DNA of 64,000 nt from Aplysia californica (taxonomy: Eukaryota). The position numbers were made by a program, and so were the translations under genes. Below the pieces are notes generated by a model that was given only the letters and a program-made list of their open reading frames with translations, did not search any database and was not told the DNA's origin. The stretch lies in assembly GCF_000002075.1 (NCBI RefSeq), contig NW_004797457.1:733612-797611 (forward strand). The letters are read 5' to 3'. Shown here one piece after another: positions 35,935-48,255 of the stretch; the first letter of the stretch is position 1, and every line of letters begins with the position of its first letter.

Positions 35935-38900
35935 GTGAGCATTTTTCTGTCTCATGCTGTTGGCTCTCCCCTTCTTTGTTCACATCCTAACTTTACAAAA
36001 CTGATTTGCTGCTGAAAAAGGGAAAAAGACACACACACACACTCTCCCCCATCATACCCTGTGTTCCCTGGGGTTTTTTTTCCCGTGCTACTTTTTCAGC
36101 TGCAGTTCCAGTTGTTAAAAGCCTGATGAATGTTTTATTCTCCGTTATGTGCGTCATGCATTCTAGCTAATTACATTGATGCATCAAACCAAAGCTCAAG
36201 GCGCAGGAATGGTTTGCTGAGTACACACATCTTCAAGAGTTCTGTCTTAAAAAGTATTCCTCTGTTGACCTGCCATGGTTATAGCAGCAGTTCCCGCTAC
36301 TGGAATTCAGATGCGTGAATTTTTTTTTGGTGTTTTTTGTCTTTTAGTGGAAAATGTATACAGTAATGTGAGTTTTTAAGGCTACCAAGTTATAGAGAAA
36401 TGCGAAATTGCATCTATAGCTGATGGCAAATGGTATGCTGAGTACTTTTAGGACTTGGGACTCTTTAAATGATTTTTTTTTTTTCTTCATGCCTTTAAAA
36501 AAAAATCTACAGCCTTTTGTTTTACTAAAATTAAAGCTTGATCAAATAGATATCAAACATATTGGCCGTATACTGATGTTGTCTGGGGTATATGTACTGT
36601 AGTTTGATTTTCATTTGTGTTTAGTTGGCAATCAAATGGATACCTGGGTCAAAAATGTTTTTAAAGCATCTGCACCGCTTTTGTTCTTTAAACGTTATAT
36701 TAAACCCTAGTGAATCCTTTCGACTCGGACATTGTGATTTCGAAATTTCCGCAAAATATTTTTCCTTCAATACGTATCCTGCAGTAAACTGAGTTCTAAA
36801 AGTATGCTCTGATACATACCAGTTGTTCACACACTCTCAACATTCTTTGGTATTTCCTGAACTTAAACTGGATAGACAGGACAAGAATAAGACTGTTGTG
36901 GTAACCAAAAGTAGTGTGGGTTGTAGAAGGGCTGTCCTCCATAACGAATCTGACTGAATTATTACGATTTTTAATTCAGTTTTACGCAAATACGATCGTA
37001 ATACCCCTGATTCCAATCTTTAAAAAAATTCGGCTTCCCCAACCCACTGCCAACTTTTCTGGTGTATAAGTGGAGAAAAGTAGATAAAAAGCTTCCAAGC
37101 ACGGACAGTCTATGTCACTACGTCATGTGCAGTTGTCTTAACTTCAACAGTATTAACACCCTCTTTGTGTTGAGCCCTTTTAGTCACTTAAGGGCCACTC
37201 TGCCCTTAGAAAAACATTAGACTTTAGAAGTGCCAAAGCTAGGAATAAGGCAAATATTAAACTAACAAGGTGTTAAAAAATTCCTGCTCTTTTGTATCAT
37301 CATGCCTTTATGTTGAATTTATACTATACTGGACAACAATCTCTGTCCTTGACACCCCATCGAAGATGATTTTCCCTGGCCATGTTACGAATTTCTAAAC
37401 CAGTTTACTAATTTTCTATCTGTTGATTACTAAAACATACGCTGGTGGGTGGGCAGCCCTGTTGTGAGTGTGATCAGGTGTAAAAAAGAAAAAAGAAAAG
37501 CAAAATGATCTCTTCATTTGATTAATGAGACTGTTAGAACAACTTCCGTGGTAAGACATCAGTAAAAAAAAAAATTAGGTTTTTAAAAAAAATCCTTTCC
37601 TTGTGTCTATTGTTCAACAATGCATCAATATCTGCACTTTTCTTTCATTCGAATGACAAACTTTTGTCTGCTCTTTGTAGCTCTAGATGTACCATTTCGG
37701 TATAAACGTTCACGTTCCGTTTCACTGTGTGTATATATTGTATGGGGGGACTTCCTGTGGTGGGAGCTGAGAGATTTGTTTAGTTATTATTTTTTTAACA
37801 AGGAGAGGCGTGGACGGTGCTATGTAAGGTTCAAACCCTTGCCCTTTATTTGTAGTTCCTAATGTTTATTTTGCACCTGTGGTGTAATAATAATACTGTT
37901 TGCCATTGCACCAGAAGTAAATTCAATGGTTTTGAAAACAGGAAAACAAAGGGGGGGGTGAATGAAAGCCGGTTTGGGGTCTGTGATTTTGTAGTTAAGA
38001 GTATAGCATATGGTTTGGTACAATCTCCAAGGGGTACGTGGTTTCAACCATCTCTTTCCATGTCTATAAGTCCACGTTGGATATGAATTGGTGCTTAAAT
38101 CTTTCTTGATTTTACTAATTTATATCGGACTGACATAATTCCTAAAACTTATTTTGACAACTTTTCACGGAAAAGAAGGGAAAAGAACTTTGTGTTTGCA
38201 AACATTGAACTCTCATCGCTTTCGGTTTCAAATTTCATCAGATTCCGGTTATAAGCAACAGCACTTGTGTAAAGTTTACAATANNNNNNNNNNNNNNNNN
38301 NNNNNNNNNNNNNNNNNNNNNNNNNNNNNNNNNNNNNNNNNNNNNNNNNNNNNNNNNNNNNNNNNNNNNNNNNNNNNNNNNNNNNNNNNNNNNNNNNNNN
38401 NNNNNNNNNNNNNNNNNNNNNNNNNNNNNNNNNNNNNNNNNNNNNNNNNNNNNNNNNNNNNNNNNNNNNNNNNNNNNNNNNNNNNNNNNNNNNNNNNNNN
38501 NNNNNNNNNNNNNNNNNNNNNNNNNNNNNNNNNNNNNNNNNNNNNNNNNNNNNNGGGTTTTGTTTTGGTTTCGCTTTACTTGTCACAATTAAAGTAATAC
38601 AAGCTTTCAACTCAAGTTCTGCACCTCACAAAGTCGGTCGGGCAACAGTAGAAGTACAGAACACCATTTTTTGGCTCATGATACAAAAGACAACAAGAAT
38701 ATTGATGTTCTATCCATCAATAAGCTTTTCTGGAATCCTCCCTCAGAACAATACACTTTCCCAACTCTCATGTCCAATAGTTACTGGAAAAATCACCAAC
38801 TTAAAACTTCACGTTATGTTGCACTGGTGTTATGTTTGACTTAGTGCAGTTTTCATGAAGAATATCTATGACAGAGAGGAATGAGCTCTCTCTTTAAAAA

Positions 38901-41802
38901 ATTTTTTTTTACTTCTTCCAATACTTCAAGCGTATTGTACTAGCCCTACAACTTTGCATGGCTTCTCACTTTTCATCTTTTCATGCTTCTAATATATATT
39001 TTTTTCTCCCCCATTTCGAGTCATGTTTTTTTGGGTTTTTAAAAAAAATACTGTATCGTTACGGTATTGTGTGCACAGTAATAGGCAGGTGACAACTGGT
39101 TGTTACACTAGTAGCTATATTCTTCTTTGGTGTTTAATAAATTCTTTACCCTAAATGGGACCTCTTTGAATAGTCGAATGGTTCTTGTGGCTATGATAAA
39201 AAAGATAATGGTGTGGCAGCGTTTCGAAGGGCTGAGATGATGGACAGTTTTGGCATAACGTGGTCCCCGTACTGGTGGTTAAACCTGTGTAGTGTTGTTC
39301 TTAGTTCAGAGGCGCCAATGTTCCTGAAATTGTCCCGATTTTGTATTTTACTCCTGCTTATACATTCATATTTTAAATTTAATCTCGATGTTCATATAAT
39401 ATTGCACTTTATAGAAAAACGACCATGATGCAAAATGCATATGACTTTAAAATCTGTAAATTTCCATGGGACCGCATAGTTCAGATTTTCATAACCTGTT
39501 GGTATCCTCGTTATTTAATTTTATTCCTGAAACAATCTTTCCTGGGATGCCATTATCAAAACATTTATAGTGGAGCATCAATATGGGAATGTCACTGCGT
39601 GAGTAATGTGCTGTGGGAATGAACTTTTGGATTCGTCAAATAAAAACCAGTAATTATATGTAGGGCTGTACACATGCGAACCCTGTGATGGTTTTTCTGT
39701 TTCCTAAAAGTTGAAATGTTAAAGTGACACAATACTTTTGATGGCCATGCGGAAATATGTACGTCAAGATTCTGTAGAGGCTCCAGGGAAGGTCCTTTTT
39801 TTTTCTTCCTTTTTTCTTTATATTTTCCCCCCTTCCCTTTGTTTGAGATATATGATATGTTACAAGAGTACTCTTGCTCTGATATGTGGCTAACTTAGCC
39901 GAAGTATTGCCAAAATGAGCTTTTTCATCATTAATTTGGTGATGAGCATGGTTTTGGTTTTAGTGTTTGTTTATCATGTTATTTTTTGTGTGGCTGTTGT
40001 GAATCGCTTGGTCAGATGGGTTTAAAATATGGAACAACTGGAATCATTACAAATTTGGAATGATGTTCTGAGGCATTTTCATATGTAGGAGTGGAGCATA
40101 TACAGTAATTACCCGTTTGTTAATGAGCTGCATTAAAAGTTTTTGATTACAGGTGTGTTGGAATGTATAGGATTACATTGCCGTTGAAGTGTATTGCATT
40201 TTTTTGTGAATATGTGTTGCATTGCAACTGGTGTGTTACAGATTTCTGAATTACCACTTCATACATCACTAATTTTTTTTTATCCAAACCCCAAATTCCC
40301 TGTCTTTTGTCTCTCTGTCAGTGTGAAAGAAAGACTTGCCTTTCTTAACTTCTGTTTTTTAAAGCATGTTGTCGTTTGAATTTTTTTCTTCTGAGTTGAG
40401 TAAGTGATTTGAAACTCAATATACCCTTGGGAGGGCTAAATAGACTATCAGTGTCTGTGGTGTGCAGAAAATATGTTGCAACATTTTTTTAATGTCTTTC
40501 TGCTTGGGTGTTGTATACCTCTTGGGCTGGATTGGCACAGACAGATGGGGTCGAAATAGTCCACTTATATTATTCTTAGGTAAATAAGGCACATATAATT
40601 ACATGTGTAATTGTAAGAGGGATTTTTATCACAGATTCAAGAGTTGACAAATATTAGACCCTGTGTAGAACTAACATGTGCTTGAAGGGCTGGTTTTTAA
40701 ATCGTTTGTTGGTGGTATGAATAAACCGCACGTCTGGAAAAATATTGTGGGAGGGAATAAGGGTGCTGAACTTGCTTGTCCCTAATCTTGTCTAGTACCT
40801 ATTGTCTTGCTTACTGTCAGTTTCAACAGAACCATTGTAACATCGACATGATTCTTTGCTGGAAACCAACAACAGGGTGTGGGGAATTATATTAGCACCA
40901 GTGTATAGTCTGTTTCTTCTTTTCTGGAACGAAGTCAATGGTTACAAAGATTGCGATGATGACTCTTTGAAATCAATGATTTCAATGATTCTTTAAGTGG
41001 TATTTCTGAGCAAACTTTGTGCTGTGTTTATTATGAAATTATAAGTGCGGCTGGCCATTTGTAGGCACCGTCTTGTCAATAAGATCCAGGAAAGGAAAAC
41101 CGCTCAAAACTTACAGTAAAAACAAGCAATGAAAGTCGACAAACATGAAACACGGCAGCATTCTTAAAGTCGTCTTGAATGCAGATGGCGACTGCTTTGT
41201 CCCTCCTTGTACGTGTGACTGTTATTCTCTTGCATACTTCAGAAATGGTACAGAGTGATCTGTGTTATGACTCATGGGGATGTGAACTTGAAAAGTTCCT
41301 GACTTGTAGGGGGTTATAATTTAAATTCGGGTGTGCTTTCCGCCCAGTATTACAGTTAGGCCTACTCACGAAAATAGTTTCCTGGCTAAATGTCACCACT
41401 ATTGTATCTGCTTCCCTTATACTCAATACTTTATTATTCTTTCTGTCTCTCTTTTTGTGCTGTCTGCATTCTACATGCACATGTTCAACCAATTTCTTTT
41501 TCCTGACAGTTCTTGTTTTCTTATGTGTACCTGGCACACTTTATAAAGCTTCTTTACATAACATGACAGTTTCGGAATCTCTGTTATTACATGTTGCTGT
41601 TTAATCAAGCGTATTCATACACACTGCCTGCTTACTGAATATCCTTGCTAAGAGATTTTGCCATTCTCGCATATTTATTTCATCAGTTGAGTGCTTCAAT
41701 TCAAAGGAAAGTACAGTCAAACCTGTCCGTAATGGTCACTGAAGGTCACAGAGGTTGCTATGGACTAGGTTGAGTTATGGTCGTCTATCAAATATGTAAA
41801 GA

Positions 41803-42300
41803 TCACCCCCCCCCCCCCCCCCCGGGGGGCGGTGCTACTGACTGAAGTGTCTTTAGGCAATTCCCCAAGGGGGGGACATTAAAATATCGAGTTCTTATGC
41901 ACAATAGAATTATAATTGTAAATGGGCTGATTCATCAATATCACGCTCATAACTGTGCCTGAACTGCAACAGGGAACTGCTGCTTTCTCTTTGCTAATCC
42001 TTACTATCATCATTTTCCTCTACTTCTTTTGTATGTTTGTCACACTTTTGTGACCCGCTATTTCCTGGGTGCAGTGATAGTTGAAGCAGACTTTGTGCTG
42101 TTGAAGCTCGTGGGGTGAGCAGAGTAAGTCTGATTCCCTGTAAGGACTTCTCTATTGACATCCACCGCTTGGCACTCGTATGACCTAATGCAGTTGCGAG
42201 TGCCGTAAAACCTCTACTAAAAACAAACAAAAAGATGAAGATAACTTTATACAGTTGCGAGCGCAGTAAAACCTCTACTAAAACAAACAAAAAGATGAAG
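41803..42300 (+). mobile_element. Retroposon family B full copy with tandemly duplicated 3' tail
   Basis: Starts TCACCCCC..GGGG; tail CAGTTGCGAG(T/C)GC(C/A)GTAAAACCTCTACTAAAA..CAAACAAAAAGATGAAG occurs twice (~42190-42240, 42252-42300). Confidence 0.7.
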
Positions 42301-43154
42301 TCTCACATGGTACATGTAAACCACTAACAACACAGACACTAAAGCAAAACAATCTCTTCTGAGTTCTGCATTGATTGAACCCTTACACTTTGTCTGAGGT
42401 CAGGTCATCTGTAAACGTTAGTAACATGTGACTGTAGATAGCAAGTTTTTAAGGCTGACATCTCTGTGGGTGGTTGATGGGTGCTCTGCTCCTTTCCTAT
42501 GAAAATCTATTTATCCTATCTCTCCTTTATCTTTTCTATCACACTTCCCATTGACTCTTTTTTCTTCAAGTGCCAACACCCCCNNNNNNNNNNNNNNNNN
42601 NNNNNNNNNNNNNNNNNNNNNNNNNNNNNNNNNNNNNNNNNNNNNNNNNNNNNNNNNNNNNNNNNNNNNNNNNNNNNNNNNNNNNNNNNNNNNNNNNNNN
42701 NNNNNNNNNNNNNNNNNNNNNNNNNNNNNNNNNNNNNNNNNNNNNNNNNNNNNNNNNNNNNNNNNNNNNNNNNNNNNNNNNNNNNNNNNNNNNNNNNNNN
42801 NNNNNNNNNNNNNNNNNNNNNNNNNNNNNNNNNNNNNNNNNNNNNNNNNNNNNNNNNNNNNNNNNNNNNNNNNNNNNNNNNNNNNNNNNNNNNNNNNNNN
42901 NNNNNNNNNNNNNNNNNNNNNNNNNNNNNNNNNNNNNNNNNNNNNNNNNNNNNNNNNNNNNNNNNNNNNNNNNNNNNNNNNNNNNNNNNNNNNNNNNNNN
43001 NNNNNNNNNNNNNNNNNNNNNNNNNNNNNNNNNNNNNNNNNNNNNNNNNNNNNNNNNNNNNNNNNNNNNNNNNNNNNNNNNNNNNNNNNNNNNNNNNNNN
43101 NNNNNNNNNNNNNNNNNNNNNNNNNNNNNNNNNNNNNNNNNNCTCCCTCTCCCT

Positions 43155-43219
<65 letters not shown>

Positions 43220-43449
43220 GTTAAATGACCTCACTGGTTGATCAATAACTTTTCTTTCCTTCTTTACTTTCTACTTTTTCATTTACTCCTTTCCTGGCAC
43301 TAAAAACAAGTCGTTTGTCCTGTCACTCAAACTTAACCACATTATCTATCAATGTAATCTCCCTCCTTGGATGCACAGTTTTCTCTATTCTCTATTAGTA
43401 TTGGGTGTTTAGCTTGACTGTGGGCTGGATGACTGGTTTGAGCTCTAGG

Positions 43450-43912
43450 GTTCCCCCCACCAGGACAGTGCCACTTACTGAAGTTGTTTTTAGGCTGTTC
43501 CCAAAGGGATAACATATTCTAATGCACAGTAGAATTGTTAATGGGCTGATTTATCAAAGTCATGCTCATACTGTGCCGGAACCACATAGGGGAACTGCTG
43601 CTTTTTCTTTCCTCATCCTTATTATCGTAATTTTCCTCTACTTCTTTTGTATGTTTGTCACCCTCTTGTGAACTCAGAACTGCTATTTCCGTGGTGCCTT
43701 CATAGTCGAAGCAGACTTTGTGTTGTTGAGGCGAGAGGGATGAGTAGAGTAAGCCTGATTCCCCGTCTGGGCTTCTCTGTTGATATCCAACCCTTGGCGC
43801 TTATATGGCCTAGTTGTGAGCGCCGTATAACCTGTACCAAAACAAAACCACCCCTTTGTGCTCATATGACTGTACGCAGTTGCAAGCGCCGTAAAACCTT
43901 ACAAAAACAAAC
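43450..43912 (+). mobile_element. Retroposon family B copy with doubled tail
   Basis: Homologous to 41803-42232; tail motifs at ~43797-43832 and 43859-43898. Confidence 0.7.
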
Positions 43913-44774
43913 AAGAACTCCAAGATTGGGGCATTGTTGACCTCCGGTCATTTACTGGAGTTTTTTTTAGTCTAGTGCCAAAAATAACTTTCTGTGTTGA
44001 GGGAGTTGTAAACACTTGTTAAGCGGTAACCTGTTTGTCAGTGCCTTTCTTACAATGTCGGGTGGAAGAAAGAATTTCTTCAATGAACATCTCTTGCTTC
44101 GACTGCTTGAATCTTGCTCAATATTGTACTGAGATTTTTCATTTATTATGCGTGTTTTCACTTTGAAGCCGGTGGAAATGTTTGCCGATTTTAAGTTGGC
44201 GGTTGATTTGGGAGGGAAAAGTGACGAGTGCTGCTTTTTTGTTGTTGTGCTAAACCAATCGAATATATTGTGTTCCAAGACTTACTGCTCCAAGGTACTC
44301 CTTCATGCTATGATTATGCCTCATAATGCCACTCCTTTTCATTCCAGAAATATATTACTTATGCTCGGTTTGTACCTTGTCTGACCATTTGATTCAGCTG
44401 GTGTGACCAACAAGCTTTTTGCTAATGTATTTGTCTTTCTTTTCTTCTCCCTGTTATCATGTTCTCATGGCCTGGTGATTCCTGTGTTCCTGTACTGATG
44501 AACTGGCGACCTGATGACAAATGCTGATGCTGTGCTGGTATTTGATACATTGCCGATGCTCTGATGACTTGCGCTTGGTTGTGAATGGACACGTGTTCCA
44601 TCAAAACAAATCATCCTGGTCTCCAAAACTTCATACACCCACATGCACATACTCCCTTTCGGCTGTTCGTTCCTTGATCCTTTCCTTTTTATTGCACACA
44701 AACACTTCCTCTCAAACAAAATTTGTCTTCTCCCCCTTTGCATTTTTCTCTCCCCCACCTTTTTTGTACCACAG

Positions 44775-45098
44775 AGGAGGTCTCGTTTTGAGCAAGGGGG
44801 TGGTGAGGGTTCGTACCAAAACCAGCGTGGAGTTCTTGGGAGTGGACCTGGGCCAATGGGGCCAGGTGGTATGGGTGGTCCTCAGGGTGGTCCAATGGGG
44901 CCAGGTGGAAATGCTGCTGCAGCTGCCATGGCTGCCAATCAGATGAGAGGTGGACCTGGTGGCATGGGTGGACCTGGTGGACCTGGTGGAAATTTTCCGG
45001 CGCAGGGAGGGGGCATGAATGAGCGCATACTTTTGGAGCGCAGAAGAGAGGCAGCACGCGAAGAGCTCAATGATATCAAGAGAATGCGCAGATGCTAA
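44775..45098 (+). CDS. DBHS gene exon 10, terminal (Gly/Pro/Met-rich; ends ...NDIKRMRRC*)
   Basis: tttttgtaccacag|AGGAGG, phase 0; basic C-terminus resembles the terminal NLS of NONO/SFPQ/Hrp65; total spliced CDS 2079 nt = 692 aa. Confidence 0.9.
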   Translation, partial: RRSRFEQGGGEGSYQNQRGVLGSGPGPMGPGGMGGPQGGPMGPGGNAAAAAMAANQMRGGPGGMGGPGGPGGNFPAQGGGMNERILLERRREAAREELNDIKRMRRC

Positions 45099-46078
45099 TT
45101 TGGCACGAAGACGCTCTGAAGAGCCGCCGCATATTTTATCCGTCTATGTTCGTTCGTTTGTGTATTGTGGCAGTAAACTTACATATAATTCGACAGATCA
45201 ATGTTTATGATTACGCACTTCTTTTCACCGACTCATGACCGTATATGTTTGAAGTCGTTATACCCAAGTCTTGTGCGACCAAATGAAAAGTTTTATGGAC
45301 TTGCATATTCTTATATTTTGTTTTCTCCTTGTGGACATAGTTACACTTTTATTCCTCCTTATACATTTTTTTCTTTAAACAAAAGTTCTGCAAACAAGGT
45401 GGTTGATGCAGATTTTTCTGTTACTTGTCAAAAAATGTTTTTCTTGCATGTTTCAAAGTACAAATGCTTTTACGGGGTTCAAGAGACCTATTGATTGTTG
45501 TTTTAATTGGGATGTGTACGTGATGAGTTTGGAGATTACGGTACGGTTTTTAGGAGGTACGGCGTGGATTGGTTATTTTGCAAGTGTTCTTTGACGGAAA
45601 GTTATGGGTAGAGTAAAGGATAAAGTAATGTAAATAAAATGTTGACACACCTCCATTTCATCCGTTATTCTTAATCTAGATCTGTTCACTTTGAGCTTTA
45701 CTTATTGAATGAATGAACCCAAGCCCCTTATGTTACCTGAACCAGTTATTCAAAAAAAATACTTTTGTGTATTTTTTTTTTTTCGGTTGAAATATCAGTT
45801 TGAACGTGGGTTGCTTTGACTGAAGTAACATTTGATTGTACATATTATTTTTTTTTAACGTTTATTACATATTCTAACTCCCTCAATAATTGTAATGAAA
45901 TGCATCAGTGTCGGCTAGGGGGTCGCGGAAAGGGAATTTTCCACAAAGTATGCGACACAAAATTGTCTTATTTTTTATGTTGTCTTATCCCTGTTGAATT
46001 GTAGTCATCACAATAAGTTTCTGCCAGTCAGTGTAGTATTAGTTTCAGTGGTGTAATTGTATGTTTCTGTGTATGGAA

Positions 46079-46089
46079 AATAAAATAAA
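46079..46089 (+). terminator. Candidate polyadenylation signal (overlapping AATAAA x2); an upstream AATAAA lies at 45633-45638
   Basis: AATAAAATAAA followed by a GT-rich tract (ttgttttgtagtgtg) about 1 kb after the stop codon. Confidence 0.55.
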
Positions 46090-47789
46090 ATACCCCCAAT
46101 TTGTTTTGTAGTGTGAAATTACATTTGTGCAGTAATAATTAATGAATGAAAAGGTCTTTTTCCTGATTTGCCCTGTTCACAGTTTACTGTTTTACCCAGG
46201 TCTCTTCGGAAATTCCAACTGTCACCTCCGATTCTTTTCACTTTTTCTATCTCGAAGTTTGGGATTGGGAGATGTGGTGGGTGTGTAAACCTGATGGGGT
46301 ACTGGGAGCAGTTAAAACTGCATTGTATGAGGTGTGTTGTATAATCTGAAGTTTTTGTCACTGTTGTATAGCATAACCTAATAATGCCAATATATTGCCT
46401 AGTCTTGCTTAGGTAACGGGACACATGAATATTAAGGGACACTTTGTTAATGGGAAAACAGATTTTGAGAGGTGAATATTGGTGGGATGGTTTCAGTAGA
46501 GATGTACCTTTAGGAATCACAGTGCACAACGAAAGCCTGTCGCATCTTCAAAATTGTCCTGTCCTTTCTCTATTTATGTTTGTAATTATGATTTTCTTGT
46601 GGTCAGATAGTTTTGGGTGGTTCTACCTCTTTTATAAGGTTGGCAAAAAGTGAAGTATTGTGTTGTGCTGTTATCGTTCTTGTGACTTGTTGGAGTGAGT
46701 GCCACTGGTTAGGTCTTCTTCTGTTTTTTCTGTCTGACTTGCCTATTTTCACATCATCGTACGTACATCAACATACTGGTGCCAGGCTGTTTCTACTGTG
46801 TTTTCCATGGGTTTGAAGTGAAGTGAAATATGAGGCCAGGGTTCAATAGGAACCACATTTAATTTGTTGTGATCGTGTTGTGTATTAGCCGAATTAACTA
46901 AAAGAAACAAAACAAATGTTTTGAATCACATTAGCTGTTCCTTTCTCAACACCATTAATCCTCTGCAGTGTCAGTTCTTCTCATTTCTTTGTCTTGTAAC
47001 ACTCTGAACAGGCATTTTCCCTGAGAACATTGTTGCTTTAGCAGAGTTCATTTGTTTAAATACAGACCAGTTCAGGTGTACAGCACAGGGGTTTATCAAT
47101 TTTTTTCCATTCCATTGGACACACTTATTATTATTATGGGAATACACATGTAGTTTATATTATGTATTTTTAGATGGAAATATTTTTATAAGGAAATAAG
47201 AAAACATCAAAACTAAAGGGTTTTCGCCAGCGTCTTTTGAACTACTGGCCATCACAAGTCATCATGCTACTGTGGTCACCTACCCTCCTGCCAAATTTGC
47301 AGTTTCTTTGGATGCCTAAAAATGATTAATGACTGGCACTGTCCTCAAGTTAGTATGCCTTTGTTTGGTAGTAGTGTATGTGCACTAAATGTTAACTGAA
47401 AGATGGGTGGAGTGAATATGGATTGTATGTAGGTAGTTTTTTACTGTCTTTCATAAAGTAGAGCAGTGTTGGCAACAGTTTTAAAGGTTTTCAAATTTAA
47501 AATATTATTTAGGAACTATTGGAGTTGGGATGAGGGGATTGAGAGTTCTTTAATTTTTTATGCATTTTTCTGATTTTGGAATTGGTACACCAAAGACAAA
47601 GCCGGAACTTTGTAGGTCAACTGTTCTGGTGTGTGTTAATAATGTTCCCTCCGAGGGTGTAAACACCACTAGGGGGCTCTCATGGTCTAGATATACTGTT
47701 TTTACCTCCTAGTTAAAAGGTCTCAGGCCTGTTCTCTAGCACTGCTATGTCATCTGCTTTCATCTTCACTTTCTCCTCGCACCTCCACT

Positions 47790-48255
47790 GGCGCCTGTGG
47801 TGTAGCAATTAAGTACTTCGCTGTTGCGTGCAGAAGACCCAAGTTTGATGATTCTCAAGTGGGGAGATATGTTCAAGTAACGACCTGGGTCTTTCTGCTA
47901 GGATGTACTATCCCTCTCAGCCTGGGTTAACCCTAACAAGCAGGGTTTGAAACCTGCCTACTAAATTACTTAATTTGTGTGGTTGGAGAAGTAAAACAAA
48001 TACATTAAAAAAATACTCTGTGCCCCTCTGTTATTTCTCTGACTCTGCCTGCTGCTACTCCTGGCTCTTGCTTACTACTTTCTTTCTGCGTTGATGTTAG
48101 GGTAAGTAAGGTTGAGCATTTAGCCTTCTCAGATGAGGGCGGAAAATCTTGGCGGTCTGATGTGCAAGTTACGCACATTAATTTAAAGATCTCTTAGTGG
48201 TCCTTAAATCGATGACTGGGCTTTGGCTGTCATCCAAGCAAAATTCAAACCTATT
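47790..48255 (+). mobile_element. Old diverged copy of the tRNA/Deu-like SINE
   Basis: 48120-48250 aligns by eye with 29472-29600 (AGCCTTCTC.GA..AGGGCG.AAAATCT...TGTGCAAGTT.CGCAC...AAAGATC.CTT...CAAAATTCAAA); decayed tRNA-like head near 47790-47850. Confidence 0.55.

Noticed and set aside
38149-43241. Long ORFs spanning N runs (also 19169-19498, 49872-50132, 56725-57153)
   Set aside because: They are open only because N codons contain no stops.
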